Shown here: piece after piece, positions 8,173 through 17,632 of the stretch
How positions within the stretch are numbered: the first letter of the stretch is position 1
Layout: each line of letters opens with the position of its first letter
Source: an uncultured Bacteroidaceae bacterium
GTDB taxonomy: Bacteria; Bacillota; Clostridia; Christensenellales; CAG-917
Direction of reading: 5' to 3'
DNA: 64,000 bases
Assembly: GCA_964563025.1 (NCBI GenBank)
Contig: CAZLVK010000003.1
Coordinates: forward strand, 84,061-148,060
Notes under the pieces: generated by a model
The model's input: only the letters and a program-made list of their open reading frames with translations
What the model was told of the DNA's origin: nothing
Database searches by the model: none
Made by a program: the position numbers and the translations under genes

Positions 8173-10075
8173 AACAATACACCATCCAATCCGCGAGGAA
8201 AATCACGGCAAGAACTATAAACAAGGCGAGTAGATTGTCGTAAACGCCGTCACGACCTCCGCCGACTGCGGTTCCCGTTATCGAGAACGTTTCCGCTTGT
8301 GCTATCGTCGCACTCTCCGAGTACGGCATTTCGGAATACATATACAAAGTGCGTTCCGCGACGTTGTTTCCGCTACCAACGCGAATTTTTATCGTATACA
8401 AACCGACTTCTTCGAGGGTATACGTACATTCCGAAGACTCCGTGGAAAGGTATTCCTCTTCTCCCGACGGAGTTACGAGCATAAGGCTTTGCGTGTTTGA
8501 AAGCACGTTCAGCGTGACTATGTCCCCGCAAAAATAGTTCGAGTCGTCGATGACTTGCGGGAACGTGTATCTCAAAAGGTTGTCGAACAGTTTGATATAG
8601 TTATACGTGAGAGGTACGTCCGAGTCGTTGAGGCTGAACGCAAACACCACTTCTCTGTTGTTGTAGCCGTTGCTACCCGCAAACACTACGGGATTGCCTT
8701 CGCAAGTGAGCACGGTATAGAAATCCGCGCTTTGGCTGTATCTCGTATATTTGGTCAAATACATAACCTCGTCGGTATTCAAGCCTTCGAGGAGTTTTTT
8801 CGCCTCGGTTTTTGAAGACGTGCCGTAACCGAGTGTTTTCTCGGAATGGTCTCCCGAGTCCGTCTGATATGCAAATCCCGAGTTGGGAACGGTTTTTTCC
8901 GGAGCGAAGAACCACACCGCACCGCCCGACGGCATTTCTTCGGGTGCAAAGCCGTCGAATACGTACAAGCCGTAACTAATTCCCGTGGCGGCGGCCTTGT
9001 CGTAATCCTCGGGTGCCATAACCTCTATCTGTCTATGACCGAGTGCCGTCAACATGGATTTCAGGAAGAACGGCTTTTCGCTGACGATGAGGGTATCGAA
9101 CGAAGTGTCGTGCTTGACGTTGTAAACGATGATTTCGTTGTCCGCGCTTATAGCGTCCTCTTTTTCGATGACGACTCTGACCGATTGATAATCGCCGACG
9201 GAATCGCATTCCACCGTGTAATCGGTGCCGTTTTTGAGGGTATCGTCCGCAAGCGCATCCGACGAAACGTTCACTTTGTCCGCCGTCTTTGCGACCGAAA
9301 CCGTATTGCGTCCCGCGGGATTTTCGCTATCGTCCACGTAGACTAAGACCTTCACGTCGCCGTCCGCGCCGTATGCCGCGATCTTGCCCGTGACTATCAA
9401 TTTGGAATCTTGAATTTTGCAATCCGCACTCAAAAGCGCATAATTGACTTCGCTCGTCGCGACGTTGACTATTTCCACGTTGTCGTGCACGTCGTAGTCG
9501 CAATCGGTCATGAAGTAGATTTTTGAAGAGGGGATTTCGTCGAAATACTCTTGTGCGCTCGAAAGTGCTGTTTCAAAGTCCGCCTGCGCTCCCGAAATCT
9601 CCGCATCGGCAAGTAGTTTGACCGCTTGTTCTTTGTCCTTGACGTCGCGATAAACGACGGAAGACGGCTCCCCTGCGCAAATAAGCGTATAGGTGCTACC
9701 GTTTTCGGAGTCGAGAATGATATTTTCGATATTCTTTTTCGCTCTGTCGAAACGGGATTCTCCGTTCGTGACGGCGGACATACTTCCGGACGCGTCGAGA
9801 ACGAAACAATAGTCGTTCGCTTTGCCCGGCAAAGCAATCGTCGGGTGCGCTATCGCAACGGATATGCAAACGACCGCCAAAATTTGCAAAACGAGACTTA
9901 TCCAATTTTGCAATTTGTTTATGGGGTTTTTACGCTTCAGGAATTTTTCGCTGAGCGTCCATATATAAGTAGACGTAACCGTCTGTTCGGTATATTTGTT
10001 TTTGATGATATAGATGATTATCAAGACGGGTACGCCGATGAGTCCCAACAATCCGAGAGGATATAACAAGTTCAT
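8150..10075 (-). CDS. BatA-like vWA membrane protein (aerotolerance-regulator N-terminal type), 641 aa
   Basis: N-terminus MNLLYPLGLLGLIGVPVLIIIYII resembles the BatA_N double-TM region. MIDAS motif DASGS. C-terminal TM helix. ATGA start/stop overlap with the DUF58 gene. Confidence 0.8.
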   Translation of the reverse strand: MNLLYPLGLLGLIGVPVLIIIYIIKNKYTEQTVTSTYIWTLSEKFLKRKNPINKLQNWISLVLQILAVVCISVAIAHPTIALPGKANDYCFVLDASGSMSAVTNGESRFDRAKKNIENIILDSENGSTYTLICAGEPSSVVYRDVKDKEQAVKLLADAEISGAQADFETALSSAQEYFDEIPSSKIYFMTDCDYDVHDNVEIVNVATSEVNYALLSADCKIQDSKLIVTGKIAAYGADGDVKVLVYVDDSENPAGRNTVSVAKTADKVNVSSDALADDTLKNGTDYTVECDSVGDYQSVRVVIEKEDAISADNEIIVYNVKHDTSFDTLIVSEKPFFLKSMLTALGHRQIEVMAPEDYDKAAATGISYGLYVFDGFAPEEMPSGGAVWFFAPEKTVPNSGFAYQTDSGDHSEKTLGYGTSSKTEAKKLLEGLNTDEVMYLTKYTRYSQSADFYTVLTCEGNPVVFAGSNGYNNREVVFAFSLNDSDVPLTYNYIKLFDNLLRYTFPQVIDDSNYFCGDIVTLNVLSNTQSLMLVTPSGEEEYLSTESSECTYTLEEVGLYTIKIRVGSGNNVAERTLYMYSEMPYSESATIAQAETFSITGTAVGGGRDGVYDNLLALFIVLAVIFLADWMVYCYEQYQLR

Positions 10076-10956
10076 TTCAGCACCCCCATGTCCGTAAGCG
10101 TTTCAAAGAATACCTTGCCCACGGAGTCCTCGTCGGACACGAGCAAATAGTCCGCTCCCCTTGCGTTGCAGAAGTCCTTAATTCTCGTCTGCACGTAATC
10201 GAGAGCCGCTTTGTACGCGTTGATAACGTCTCTATTGATATTTTTGCGATAATATTTGTTCAAATTTTCGGAGTCGAAGAGGTGCATTTTGCCTCTGACT
10301 TTCGGGTTGAGTTCTTCTGTAGACAAAACTTGCACGCAAAGGACGTCCCTCTTTTTCGAGATGATATAGTCAAGTCCCGCCTCGTAATCGTTGTCGGTGA
10401 GGAAGTCGGAAATGACGACGGACATACCGTTGCCGAAACCGACTTTCGTAGGCAAAATCGCTTCGCTGAAACTGCTGTCGCGGTCAAATTCTATATCGTT
10501 GAGTTTGCCTATCGAATTGAGATAGGACTCCTTCCCCGCCATATTGACCACGACTTCTTCCACGCTCGTACCGTGCACCGCGTATATGGAGACCTTGTCC
10601 ATTGCGATAATCGAGAGATAGGCAAGAACGGCTGCAATTTTGAGGGCTTGTTCCGCCTTATGCGCCTTGCCGAAATCCATAGATCTGCTTGCGTCGATAT
10701 AGATGACGGTGTGAAGTCTGCGTTCGTCGAGGTATTGCTTGGTGTAAAGTTTGTCAAAGCGCGCGAAAGCGTTCCAATCTATCTTGGTAACGTCGTCGCC
10801 GGGCATATATTCTCTGAAATCGGCAAATTCACAAGAGGAGCCGAAGGTCTTGCTCTTGTGATTTCCGCCGAACATGCCGGCAACGTTATTTTTTACGAGT
10901 ATCTCGAGAAGTTCTACCTCTTTGAGGAACTCGTCCGTTATCGCTAATTTGCTCAT
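10072..10956 (-). CDS. DUF58 domain protein
   Basis: Hallmark FREYMPGDDVTKIDWNAFARFDKLYTKQY...IYIDASRSM. It sits immediately downstream of MoxR, as in MoxR-DUF58 operons. Confidence 0.85.
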   Translation of the reverse strand: MSKLAITDEFLKEVELLEILVKNNVAGMFGGNHKSKTFGSSCEFADFREYMPGDDVTKIDWNAFARFDKLYTKQYLDERRLHTVIYIDASRSMDFGKAHKAEQALKIAAVLAYLSIIAMDKVSIYAVHGTSVEEVVVNMAGKESYLNSIGKLNDIEFDRDSSFSEAILPTKVGFGNGMSVVISDFLTDNDYEAGLDYIISKKRDVLCVQVLSTEELNPKVRGKMHLFDSENLNKYYRKNINRDVINAYKAALDYVQTRIKDFCNARGADYLLVSDEDSVGKVFFETLTDMGVLK

Positions 10957-10977
10957 AAAACGCTTCCGATAAAATTT

Positions 10978-11967
10978 TTATTTGCAGAGTTTTTTGTTTT
11001 CTTCCACGAGACGGTCGATGACGTCGTCCACGGTGAGTTTCTCGTTGATTGCTGTATAGTTGATTTTGACTCTGTGTCTGAGGACGGGGTGCGCGAGGGC
11101 ATCTATATCCTCGTAGGACACGTTGTAATTTCCTCTCATCAAGGCTCTGACCTTTGCGCAAGTTATAAGTGCTTGTGCCGCTCTCGGAGACGCGCCGTAT
11201 TTGAGATATTTCTTCGCAACAGCGGACGTGGAATCGAGTTCGGGGTGAGAGTTCGCGACGAGGCTGACCGCATAATGCAATACGTCGTCGATGACGGGCA
11301 TTTGTTTTGCGATTTCTCTCATTTCGAGGACGGTTGCGCCGTCTACGACTGCGTCTGCGTTTTCGTCCATGGTTATTTGCGTCATGTTGACGATGTCTTT
11401 AAGTTCGTCGGTTGACGGGAAACTCATGATGAGTTTGAGCATAAAGCGGTCCATTTGCGCTTCGGGAAGCGGATAGGTGCCGTCTTGTTCGATGGGGTTC
11501 TCGGTTGCAAGCACGAAGAAAGGTTCACTGAGTTCGTAAGTCTTTTTCGCAACGGTGATTTTGTGCTCTTGCATAACCTCGAGCATTGCGGATTGCGTCT
11601 TAGGCGTTGCACGGTTGATTTCGTCCGCAAGCACCAGATTTGCAAATATAGGACCTCTTTGGAACACGGAATTGAGTTTGCCGTTTTCGTCCTTTTCGAT
11701 GACGTTTGTACCCGTTACGTCCGAAGGCATAAGGTCGGGAGTGAACTGGATTCTCGAAAAAGGAAGTCCGAGCGTTTTGCCGAGAGAGCGAACGAGACGA
11801 GTCTTGCCTACTCCGGGAACGCCTTCGAGTAGCACGTTACCGCCCGCGATGATTGCAATGATAACGTTGTCGATAATATCGTCTTGACCGACGACGTCTT
11901 TGTGGAGTTCGTCTCTGATGCGGTTGATGACGCTACTGAATTCCTTTACTTTCACTTCGTTTTCCAT
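10978..11967 (-). CDS. MoxR-family AAA+ ATPase
   Basis: Walker A GVPGVGKT, Walker B LADEINR, and ATENPIEQDGTYPLPEAQMDRF, which is typical of the AAA_3/MoxR family. GGAGA RBS. Confidence 0.9.
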   Translation of the reverse strand: MENEVKVKEFSSVINRIRDELHKDVVGQDDIIDNVIIAIIAGGNVLLEGVPGVGKTRLVRSLGKTLGLPFSRIQFTPDLMPSDVTGTNVIEKDENGKLNSVFQRGPIFANLVLADEINRATPKTQSAMLEVMQEHKITVAKKTYELSEPFFVLATENPIEQDGTYPLPEAQMDRFMLKLIMSFPSTDELKDIVNMTQITMDENADAVVDGATVLEMREIAKQMPVIDDVLHYAVSLVANSHPELDSTSAVAKKYLKYGASPRAAQALITCAKVRALMRGNYNVSYEDIDALAHPVLRHRVKINYTAINEKLTVDDVIDRLVEENKKLCK

Positions 11968-12006
11968 GTTTATATCTCCATGCTTTTATTTTTATAATCG
12001 AGACGT

Positions 12007-13521
12007 TCAGTTCTCCCCTTCCGTATTGGAGGCACTGCCGTCGAGAATATCGATATAGTTTTGTATATACACTTTCATTTCCTCGCTCAAACCCGATTCT
12101 TTATCGTTGAGGAGTTCGTTGAGTCTGGCTACGTAATCCGACCATACTTCGCCGTAAGCCACGTGTTCCTTGCTTTCGGGATCGTAGACCGCATCGTCAC
12201 CGCCGTAGATGACGTTGCCGTCGCCGGTACCGCCGCCGTGCATACCGTTGTCGTCGTCGGAGTTGTTACCGCTACTCGAAATACCCGGCAAATCGAGAGT
12301 GGATTGAGTGAGAGTCACGCCGAAAATTTCTTCGAGGGAATTGAAAATCATATCGTTCATCATACGATTGTAGACTTGTTTGACCAAAACCTTGGACGCA
12401 GAAGTCACGAAATCGGTGCATGCATTAGACACGATACTCTTCAAGTCGTCTCTGAACATATATTCGTCCAACACGATGCCGAAAGACGTCGAAAAATCGG
12501 AAAGCGCGGAATACAATTCGTCCCCGCCGAGTTGTTCCTGAACTTCATCCGTTCCCAAGCAATCGTTCAAAGGTTCTACGAAACCTTCTACCGCATCTTT
12601 TATTTCGACCATTTCGGTGAGACTTTTGACTTTTGCGACGAGCGTATTCGTGAAAACGCCGATGGCATCGCGGATTTTGCCTTCCGAAGTCTTCTGCTCC
12701 GTTCTGACCACGCTCAAAGAGTTGATGACGGTATCGCTCTTGTAGGAGTCCGCCGCATTAATCAACGCCGTCGTGAAACTCTTGAGGTCTGCGGAAGTGC
12801 TCATAACTTTGGCGACTTCGCGATAAGAGTTTGCCTCGTTGACCGCCGTATCTATCGCCGTCGCGCAATTCTTGACAGCGGTACGCATACCCGAGTTGGT
12901 TTTAGTATTGCCGAGGTCCTCTTTGAGAAGTTCGAGAGCGGAGACTACGGGAAGCATAACGCGCTCTTCGAGGTCGGAGGCTTGGACGTCCGCAATAAGT
13001 TGGTCGAGGGACTTCAAATCCCATTCGTTGACGACGTACTCGTCGGGGACGACGGGTGCGACGTATCTCGACGGCACGATGACGCCGACAAGGAAAAAGG
13101 ACAAGCCGAGAACGGTTATCACGATATATTGCCAAATCTTTGAGAACTTGATTTTTTGTTTGGGAAGATTTTTGAGGGTTTCTTCGGTATCCGCTCTTTG
13201 AAGATTGAGAATATCCCCGTCCTGCCCCGCAAACTCGACCATAGTCTGAACTTTTTCGTTGAGACCGTATTCACCGTCGAGGAGTTTTGCAAGGGACTTG
13301 TCAGAGTGACGAGTAAGCAAGAAGGTTACGACGAAAGAGACCGCGAACGTGCCGAGGGCTATGACGAGATAGTAATACCACGAAAGATACGCCTCGCCGA
13401 GTTTGAAGCCGAGCATAACCGTACCGACCGCAAACAACGCGAAAAAGACGCCTGCGATAAGGCTCTTCGATATCGCAATCGTCAAATATTTCTTTTTCAG
13501 TTTGAGGAAGGTTTCGGTCAT
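12007..13521 (-). CDS. Membrane protein, unknown function (504 aa), first gene of the MoxR operon
   Basis: Three predicted TM helices in the first ~160 aa, then a long helical-looking and acidic Gly/Asp-rich tail. No family recognised. Confidence 0.7.
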   Translation of the reverse strand: MTETFLKLKKKYLTIAISKSLIAGVFFALFAVGTVMLGFKLGEAYLSWYYYLVIALGTFAVSFVVTFLLTRHSDKSLAKLLDGEYGLNEKVQTMVEFAGQDGDILNLQRADTEETLKNLPKQKIKFSKIWQYIVITVLGLSFFLVGVIVPSRYVAPVVPDEYVVNEWDLKSLDQLIADVQASDLEERVMLPVVSALELLKEDLGNTKTNSGMRTAVKNCATAIDTAVNEANSYREVAKVMSTSADLKSFTTALINAADSYKSDTVINSLSVVRTEQKTSEGKIRDAIGVFTNTLVAKVKSLTEMVEIKDAVEGFVEPLNDCLGTDEVQEQLGGDELYSALSDFSTSFGIVLDEYMFRDDLKSIVSNACTDFVTSASKVLVKQVYNRMMNDMIFNSLEEIFGVTLTQSTLDLPGISSSGNNSDDDNGMHGGGTGDGNVIYGGDDAVYDPESKEHVAYGEVWSDYVARLNELLNDKESGLSEEMKVYIQNYIDILDGSASNTEGEN

Positions 13522-13620
13522 AGCGTTCCGTACTGCACGATTTTGAAAATATGCAATTTCGTTTGAATTATACCGTTCTCAAATGCATAAACGCATAAAA
13601 ATACGGTATTCGTAGTAAAA

Positions 13621-13649
13621 ATTTTACCACACCGAGAATAGTATGTCAA
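13621..13649 (-). promoter_or_regulatory. Candidate sigma-70-type promoter of the MoxR-vWA operon
   Basis: On the minus strand: TTGACA, 17 nt, TAAAAT. About 100 nt upstream of ATG 13521. Confidence 0.5.
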
Positions 13650-13870
13650 ATAATATTTGGGGGTATTCTTCATCTTAAAACAACCGCCGTTTCGAGAGCC
13701 GAAAACCGACGTCTCTGAATGAATAAAAATGCGTGATTTTTCGCATAGCGGGGCCGTCGTCCTCCTATCTTAACACGAGGCAAAAATCCCTAAATAACGC
13801 CGTCGTTTTGTGTCGATTTTTGTCGTATGTCAAAAATCTTGTTTTTGGGAAAACAACCGCTTATACGACG

Positions 13871-13894
13871 AAACCGCCCGTTTATGGGCGGTTT
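13871..13894 (-). terminator. Hairpin downstream of the PI-PLC-like gene (weak terminator)
   Basis: Stem aaaccgccc/gggcggttt. On the minus strand the U-tract is mostly inside the stem. Confidence 0.4.
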
Positions 13895-13932
13895 TCGATG
13901 ACTTTATCCGTCGTTTCGGGAAAATTTGCCGA

Positions 13933-15120
13933 TTACTTCCCGAGAATTTCGTTCACGGTCGCTTGGTTATGTGCGATGATAAGAGCGTTCACGCGGTTGT
14001 TGAAATCACCGTTGTCGCTGTTGCAGAAGTCCACTTGGAATACGGGCATATAGGTGAGCCATCTCTCGAAGTTTTCGTTCTCGATGAGGGACACGTTGTA
14101 GTCCTTTGCAAAGCGAAGCAATGACCAAGAACCGATAATCTCGAAAAACTCTTTCGCGGAGCCTACCGCAAAAGACGCTTGCGTTTGGTTCATACGGAGT
14201 TTGCTTTGATACTTTTCGTCGCTTGCTATTCTGTCGCAAGTTTCGTTGATTTTGCCGATGAGTTTTTCTTCCCCGATACTGCTATGCCATTCGTGGTCCG
14301 CGCAGGAGTCCATATCGTAGCAACGAGAGGTGAGCGCGCTTGTGCCTTCCCAGTCCGCCTCGAACAGTCCTTCTTCTCTTCTATCGAAGATGACGACGCC
14401 GGGAGCGGTACCGTTCTTGGTGAGGTCGTTGTAGGTGAGTTCCCCTATTCTCACACCGCCGTTGCCGTTGTCGAAGGTGTCGGCTTTGTCGATATAGACG
14501 TAGTCGAAAATGGATTTGCCGTTGTAGCGGACGCTGTTCAGAGCGTCGTGGAGTGAGTCGAGAGTGACGCCGTCACCCATATACATAGGTTGGAACAAAA
14601 GTCCGACGATTTCCCCTTTCGCCGCGTCGCTTGCGAGGTATTCGAGGACTTCGAGAATATGATCTGTTAGTTTGCCGGTGAGATGCGCGTGAGTGCCGTA
14701 CCATTCTCCGTCATAGTCGGTGCATTTGATATGGAAAAAGCGCGCGCCTTGCAAAAGTTGCGCTCCGAGACCTACCGCCTGCGTCTTGCCGAAACGATAT
14801 TGAATGCCCGACGAAATGGGATCCACCTTGCCGAGAATGCTGTTTGCGTCGTGATAATCGAGCGGAGTCTCGTCGGTGAGAGTGGACGTGACCGCGTCGT
14901 GAGAGCCGAGCATGGCTATATCCACGTAGCGGGGATTTGCCTCGACTATGCCGTCGATATTGGCAAGGACGGTGGCGTATTTCCCGTTGAGGTTGCCCTC
15001 CCCTACGTTTATCGTGGTGTCGTTGCACACGACCGCAAGGAACATGGTGAAAATCACGACCGGCACGAGAATGCCGATGAAAACTTTGATGCCGTTTTTC
15101 TTGGATTTGTCTTTCTTCAT
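13933..15120 (-). CDS. Membrane-anchored PI-PLC X-domain-like phosphodiesterase
   Basis: N-terminal TM helix. MLGSHDA resembles the PLC X-box HD motif, followed by GARFFHIKC...YGTHAH. GGGAGA RBS. Confidence 0.55.
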   Translation of the reverse strand: MKKDKSKKNGIKVFIGILVPVVIFTMFLAVVCNDTTINVGEGNLNGKYATVLANIDGIVEANPRYVDIAMLGSHDAVTSTLTDETPLDYHDANSILGKVDPISSGIQYRFGKTQAVGLGAQLLQGARFFHIKCTDYDGEWYGTHAHLTGKLTDHILEVLEYLASDAAKGEIVGLLFQPMYMGDGVTLDSLHDALNSVRYNGKSIFDYVYIDKADTFDNGNGGVRIGELTYNDLTKNGTAPGVVIFDRREEGLFEADWEGTSALTSRCYDMDSCADHEWHSSIGEEKLIGKINETCDRIASDEKYQSKLRMNQTQASFAVGSAKEFFEIIGSWSLLRFAKDYNVSLIENENFERWLTYMPVFQVDFCNSDNGDFNNRVNALIIAHNQATVNEILGK

Positions 15121-15142
15121 AATATCTCCCGTTTACCGCAAT

Positions 15143-15171
15143 ATTGTAACATATGTGCATAAATTAGGCAA
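15143..15171 (-). promoter_or_regulatory. Candidate promoter of the PI-PLC-like gene
   Basis: On the minus strand: TTGCCT, 17 nt, TACAAT, with TGT immediately upstream (extended -10). Confidence 0.45.
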
Positions 15172-15193
15172 TAAGAAACCACGCTTTGCGTGG
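15172..15193 (-). terminator. Hairpin ending the giant-adhesin operon (weak terminator)
   Basis: Stem ccacgc/gcgtgg followed on the minus strand by tttcttatt. It is the first hairpin after the stop at 15217. Confidence 0.4.
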
Positions 15194-15216
15194 CGATATG
15201 TAGATAAGTGCAAGTA

Positions 15217-15846
15217 TTACTCAAACGTTATCTTGGTCGAGGACGGAAGCCCTACGTAGGCCTTGAACGTTTCTACGATATTCTCGTCTTTGGTGTTCTT
15301 GGACAACTGCTGATTCGTGCCGAAAGTTATATTGGAGTCCGCGCCGACGATGAACTCGGTCACGGCGTTGCTACCCATAAACGCACCCGCGCCTAAAACG
15401 CACTGCGAACCGCTCTCGAACGTGACGGTAGTCAGTCTCGTCATACCCGAAAACGCACCCGCCTCGATGGACGTTATAGTGTTTGGAACAGTGAGTGTTG
15501 CGGGAATACTCTTGTTCGTCGTGTCCGCATAAAGAGAATTTGACACGGCTCTCACCGTTAGCGATTTGGTAGTGCCGTCTTGTTCGACGTCTATTGATTT
15601 GGGCAGAACGACGTCCTCGATAGCGGCGGCTTGTTTGAAGCCCGTAAGACGAGCACCGTCACTATAAGAGTCGGCGGTCATATACTTTGCGTAGACGTTC
15701 CAATCCGTCACTCCCACCTGCGGAGCGACCGTACTGTCCCCCTCTCCCGACGACCAACGAGAAAGAGTCACGCCGAGCACCGAGCCTAAACATGCAAGGA
15801 GCATAACGGAGACGAGTATTATTAAGATTTTCTTCTTGTTTTTCAT
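15217..15846 (-). CDS. Secreted BspA-type leucine-rich-repeat protein (209 aa)
   Basis: N-terminal signal/anchor helix. The LRR_5-like segment TLTVPNTITSIEAGAFSGMTRLTTVTFESGSQCVLGAGAF. AAGGAA RBS. 9-nt gap to the upstream gene. Confidence 0.7.
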   Translation of the reverse strand: MKNKKKILIILVSVMLLACLGSVLGVTLSRWSSGEGDSTVAPQVGVTDWNVYAKYMTADSYSDGARLTGFKQAAAIEDVVLPKSIDVEQDGTTKSLTVRAVSNSLYADTTNKSIPATLTVPNTITSIEAGAFSGMTRLTTVTFESGSQCVLGAGAFMGSNAVTEFIVGADSNITFGTNQQLSKNTKDENIVETFKAYVGLPSSTKITFE

Positions 15847-15855
15847 ACGCGTTCC

Positions 15856-16695
15856 TTACTCCGCTTCTGTTTGTTGCACGAGGCTGATTTCAAAGTTGAA
15901 GAAGAGGTTTACGTCCATAAGTTCGGGCGGAGTTTCCTCGTCCACGTTTTTGAAGTATACTGTGATGACGATCGTATGTTCCGAGCCCGAGAAAATATTT
16001 GCCTTAAGCGTCGTCGAAACGTCTTTATTATTTTCATTCGGCACATAAACCGTCGCTTTCTCTATCGTCTCGAAAGTGCCGTCGTCATTTTTGACTTTTA
16101 TCGTTTTCTCTTTGCTCGTGTACGCGTTATCCCCGCTGTTTTGCGTGAGGTTGAAAGCGTCCTGATCGCGGGTATACGAAGTCATCGCAACGACGAATTG
16201 TTCCTTGTAATCGGTGAGTGAATCGTTCACCGTTACGTTGCCGTTCTCGTCCGTAGAACGAGGATTTTCAAGGGTAACGGACTCGAGGGTGATTGCCACC
16301 TCCGAAGTGAGACCGTCCTGAGGTGCGCCCGAATATTGGAAATCGAAGGAGATATCCACTTGATTTGCAACGGATTTGAGAGTGCCGTTCTCACCTACGA
16401 TTGCTTCCGCGTCGGGTCCGATGACGGGGATCTTTGCAAGGCTTCCCGTGTGGTCGGCGAGAAGTACGCCCGGATTGATGATGGCGGGATGCAATTTAGA
16501 ACTGGTGTCGTCCGTCGAACTCGACTCACTGCCCGCAACTATCGTTGCGTTGCCCGAAGGTTGTTCGGATGAAATCGTGACGGTATTGTTCGCGCTCTTT
16601 ATATCGCCGAACCACGCCGCCGTCATACCGACTATGCCCACGATGACCGCAAGGAGCATAACCGCCGAAATCAAAATCAAACTTGACTTTTTCAT
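15856..16695 (-). CDS. TasA/camelysin-like protein with SipW-dependent-type signal peptide (279 aa)
   Basis: MKKSSLILISAVMLLAVIVGIVGMTAAWFGDIKSANNTVT compares with B. subtilis TasA ...GTWAAFNDIKSKDATFA. The C-terminus has an alternating beta pattern (LFFNFEISLV). GGAGG RBS. Confidence 0.7.
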   Translation of the reverse strand: MKKSSLILISAVMLLAVIVGIVGMTAAWFGDIKSANNTVTISSEQPSGNATIVAGSESSSTDDTSSKLHPAIINPGVLLADHTGSLAKIPVIGPDAEAIVGENGTLKSVANQVDISFDFQYSGAPQDGLTSEVAITLESVTLENPRSTDENGNVTVNDSLTDYKEQFVVAMTSYTRDQDAFNLTQNSGDNAYTSKEKTIKVKNDDGTFETIEKATVYVPNENNKDVSTTLKANIFSGSEHTIVITVYFKNVDEETPPELMDVNLFFNFEISLVQQTEAE

Positions 16696-16707
16696 AGGTT
16701 ACCTCCC

Positions 16708-17628
16708 CTAACTCTCGCTAATCGACACGACTTCGATTTGTATCTCGAAGGTGAAGGTTGCGCCGGCGTACGCGATTGCCGAATATTTGTTTATATCCGT
16801 CCACTTTGCTTTGAAAGTGCCGTCCTCTGCCGAATAATCATCATAAACTTGCGAAACCGTCTTTTCCCAATCGGTATCGCTATACTGCAACCAATAAAGT
16901 TTTTCGGGAGCAAAAACGATTGTAAACGTTGCATTCGTTTCGTTTGTTTCAAGGTTTGCCGAGGTTGCGGACAAGTTTATAGTGCTCGTAGTGTCAAAAC
17001 CGCTTGAAAGAGTTTTCGAGGATAACGAGGGAATTTCGCCGTAAGGAGTATAGGTCGTTCCGCCGTAACTGAGATACCAGGTGAAGCCGTAGGCAATATC
17101 CGACACTTCGTAACCGTTGCTATTCGGAATTTGTATGGTGAGAGAGGGGGCATCCGTTTTCGTTACGGTGACGGAGGAAAGGGAAATTCTGAGTTCTACC
17201 GTTTTGCCGTCGGTATCGAGACGGAGCGGAAGGCGTGCGCCCTTATTGGTCTCGTCTACATACGGTCCGAAAGCCTCGTCCTGCATATAGATGTTGTAAA
17301 GGGATGCGTCCTTTTCCAATTTCAAAACGTCGGTAGCGTATTTCGAGGTGACGAGATGTCCGCCGTCATCCCCTATCGGGAATTGGTTGTTGACCGTTTC
17401 GGAGCCCAAAACCGCTTTTTGTCCTTCGTACTTATTCGCTTCTTCGTTTATTACGAATTCGAGAGTGAAGATTTCGGCGGTTGACAAGTGGATTGTCGAA
17501 ATTTCGGACGTCACGGAATCCGAGAACCAAGCATAAGAAATCCCCGCCGCCGAGAGGGCGACTACCATAACCATTATCGGCACGAAAATGCCGTAAAAGT
17601 ATTTTTTGTAGGATTTCTTCTTTTCCAT
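16708..17628 (-). CDS. TasA/camelysin-like protein with SipW-dependent-type signal peptide (306 aa)
   Basis: Basic n-region, hydrophobic core, then ISYAWFSDSVTSE. C-terminal TFTFEIQIEVV. AAGGA RBS inside the end of the giant gene. 4-nt gap to that gene. Confidence 0.65.
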   Translation of the reverse strand: MEKKKSYKKYFYGIFVPIMVMVVALSAAGISYAWFSDSVTSEISTIHLSTAEIFTLEFVINEEANKYEGQKAVLGSETVNNQFPIGDDGGHLVTSKYATDVLKLEKDASLYNIYMQDEAFGPYVDETNKGARLPLRLDTDGKTVELRISLSSVTVTKTDAPSLTIQIPNSNGYEVSDIAYGFTWYLSYGGTTYTPYGEIPSLSSKTLSSGFDTTSTINLSATSANLETNETNATFTIVFAPEKLYWLQYSDTDWEKTVSQVYDDYSAEDGTFKAKWTDINKYSAIAYAGATFTFEIQIEVVSISES

Positions 17629-17632
17629 AGTT

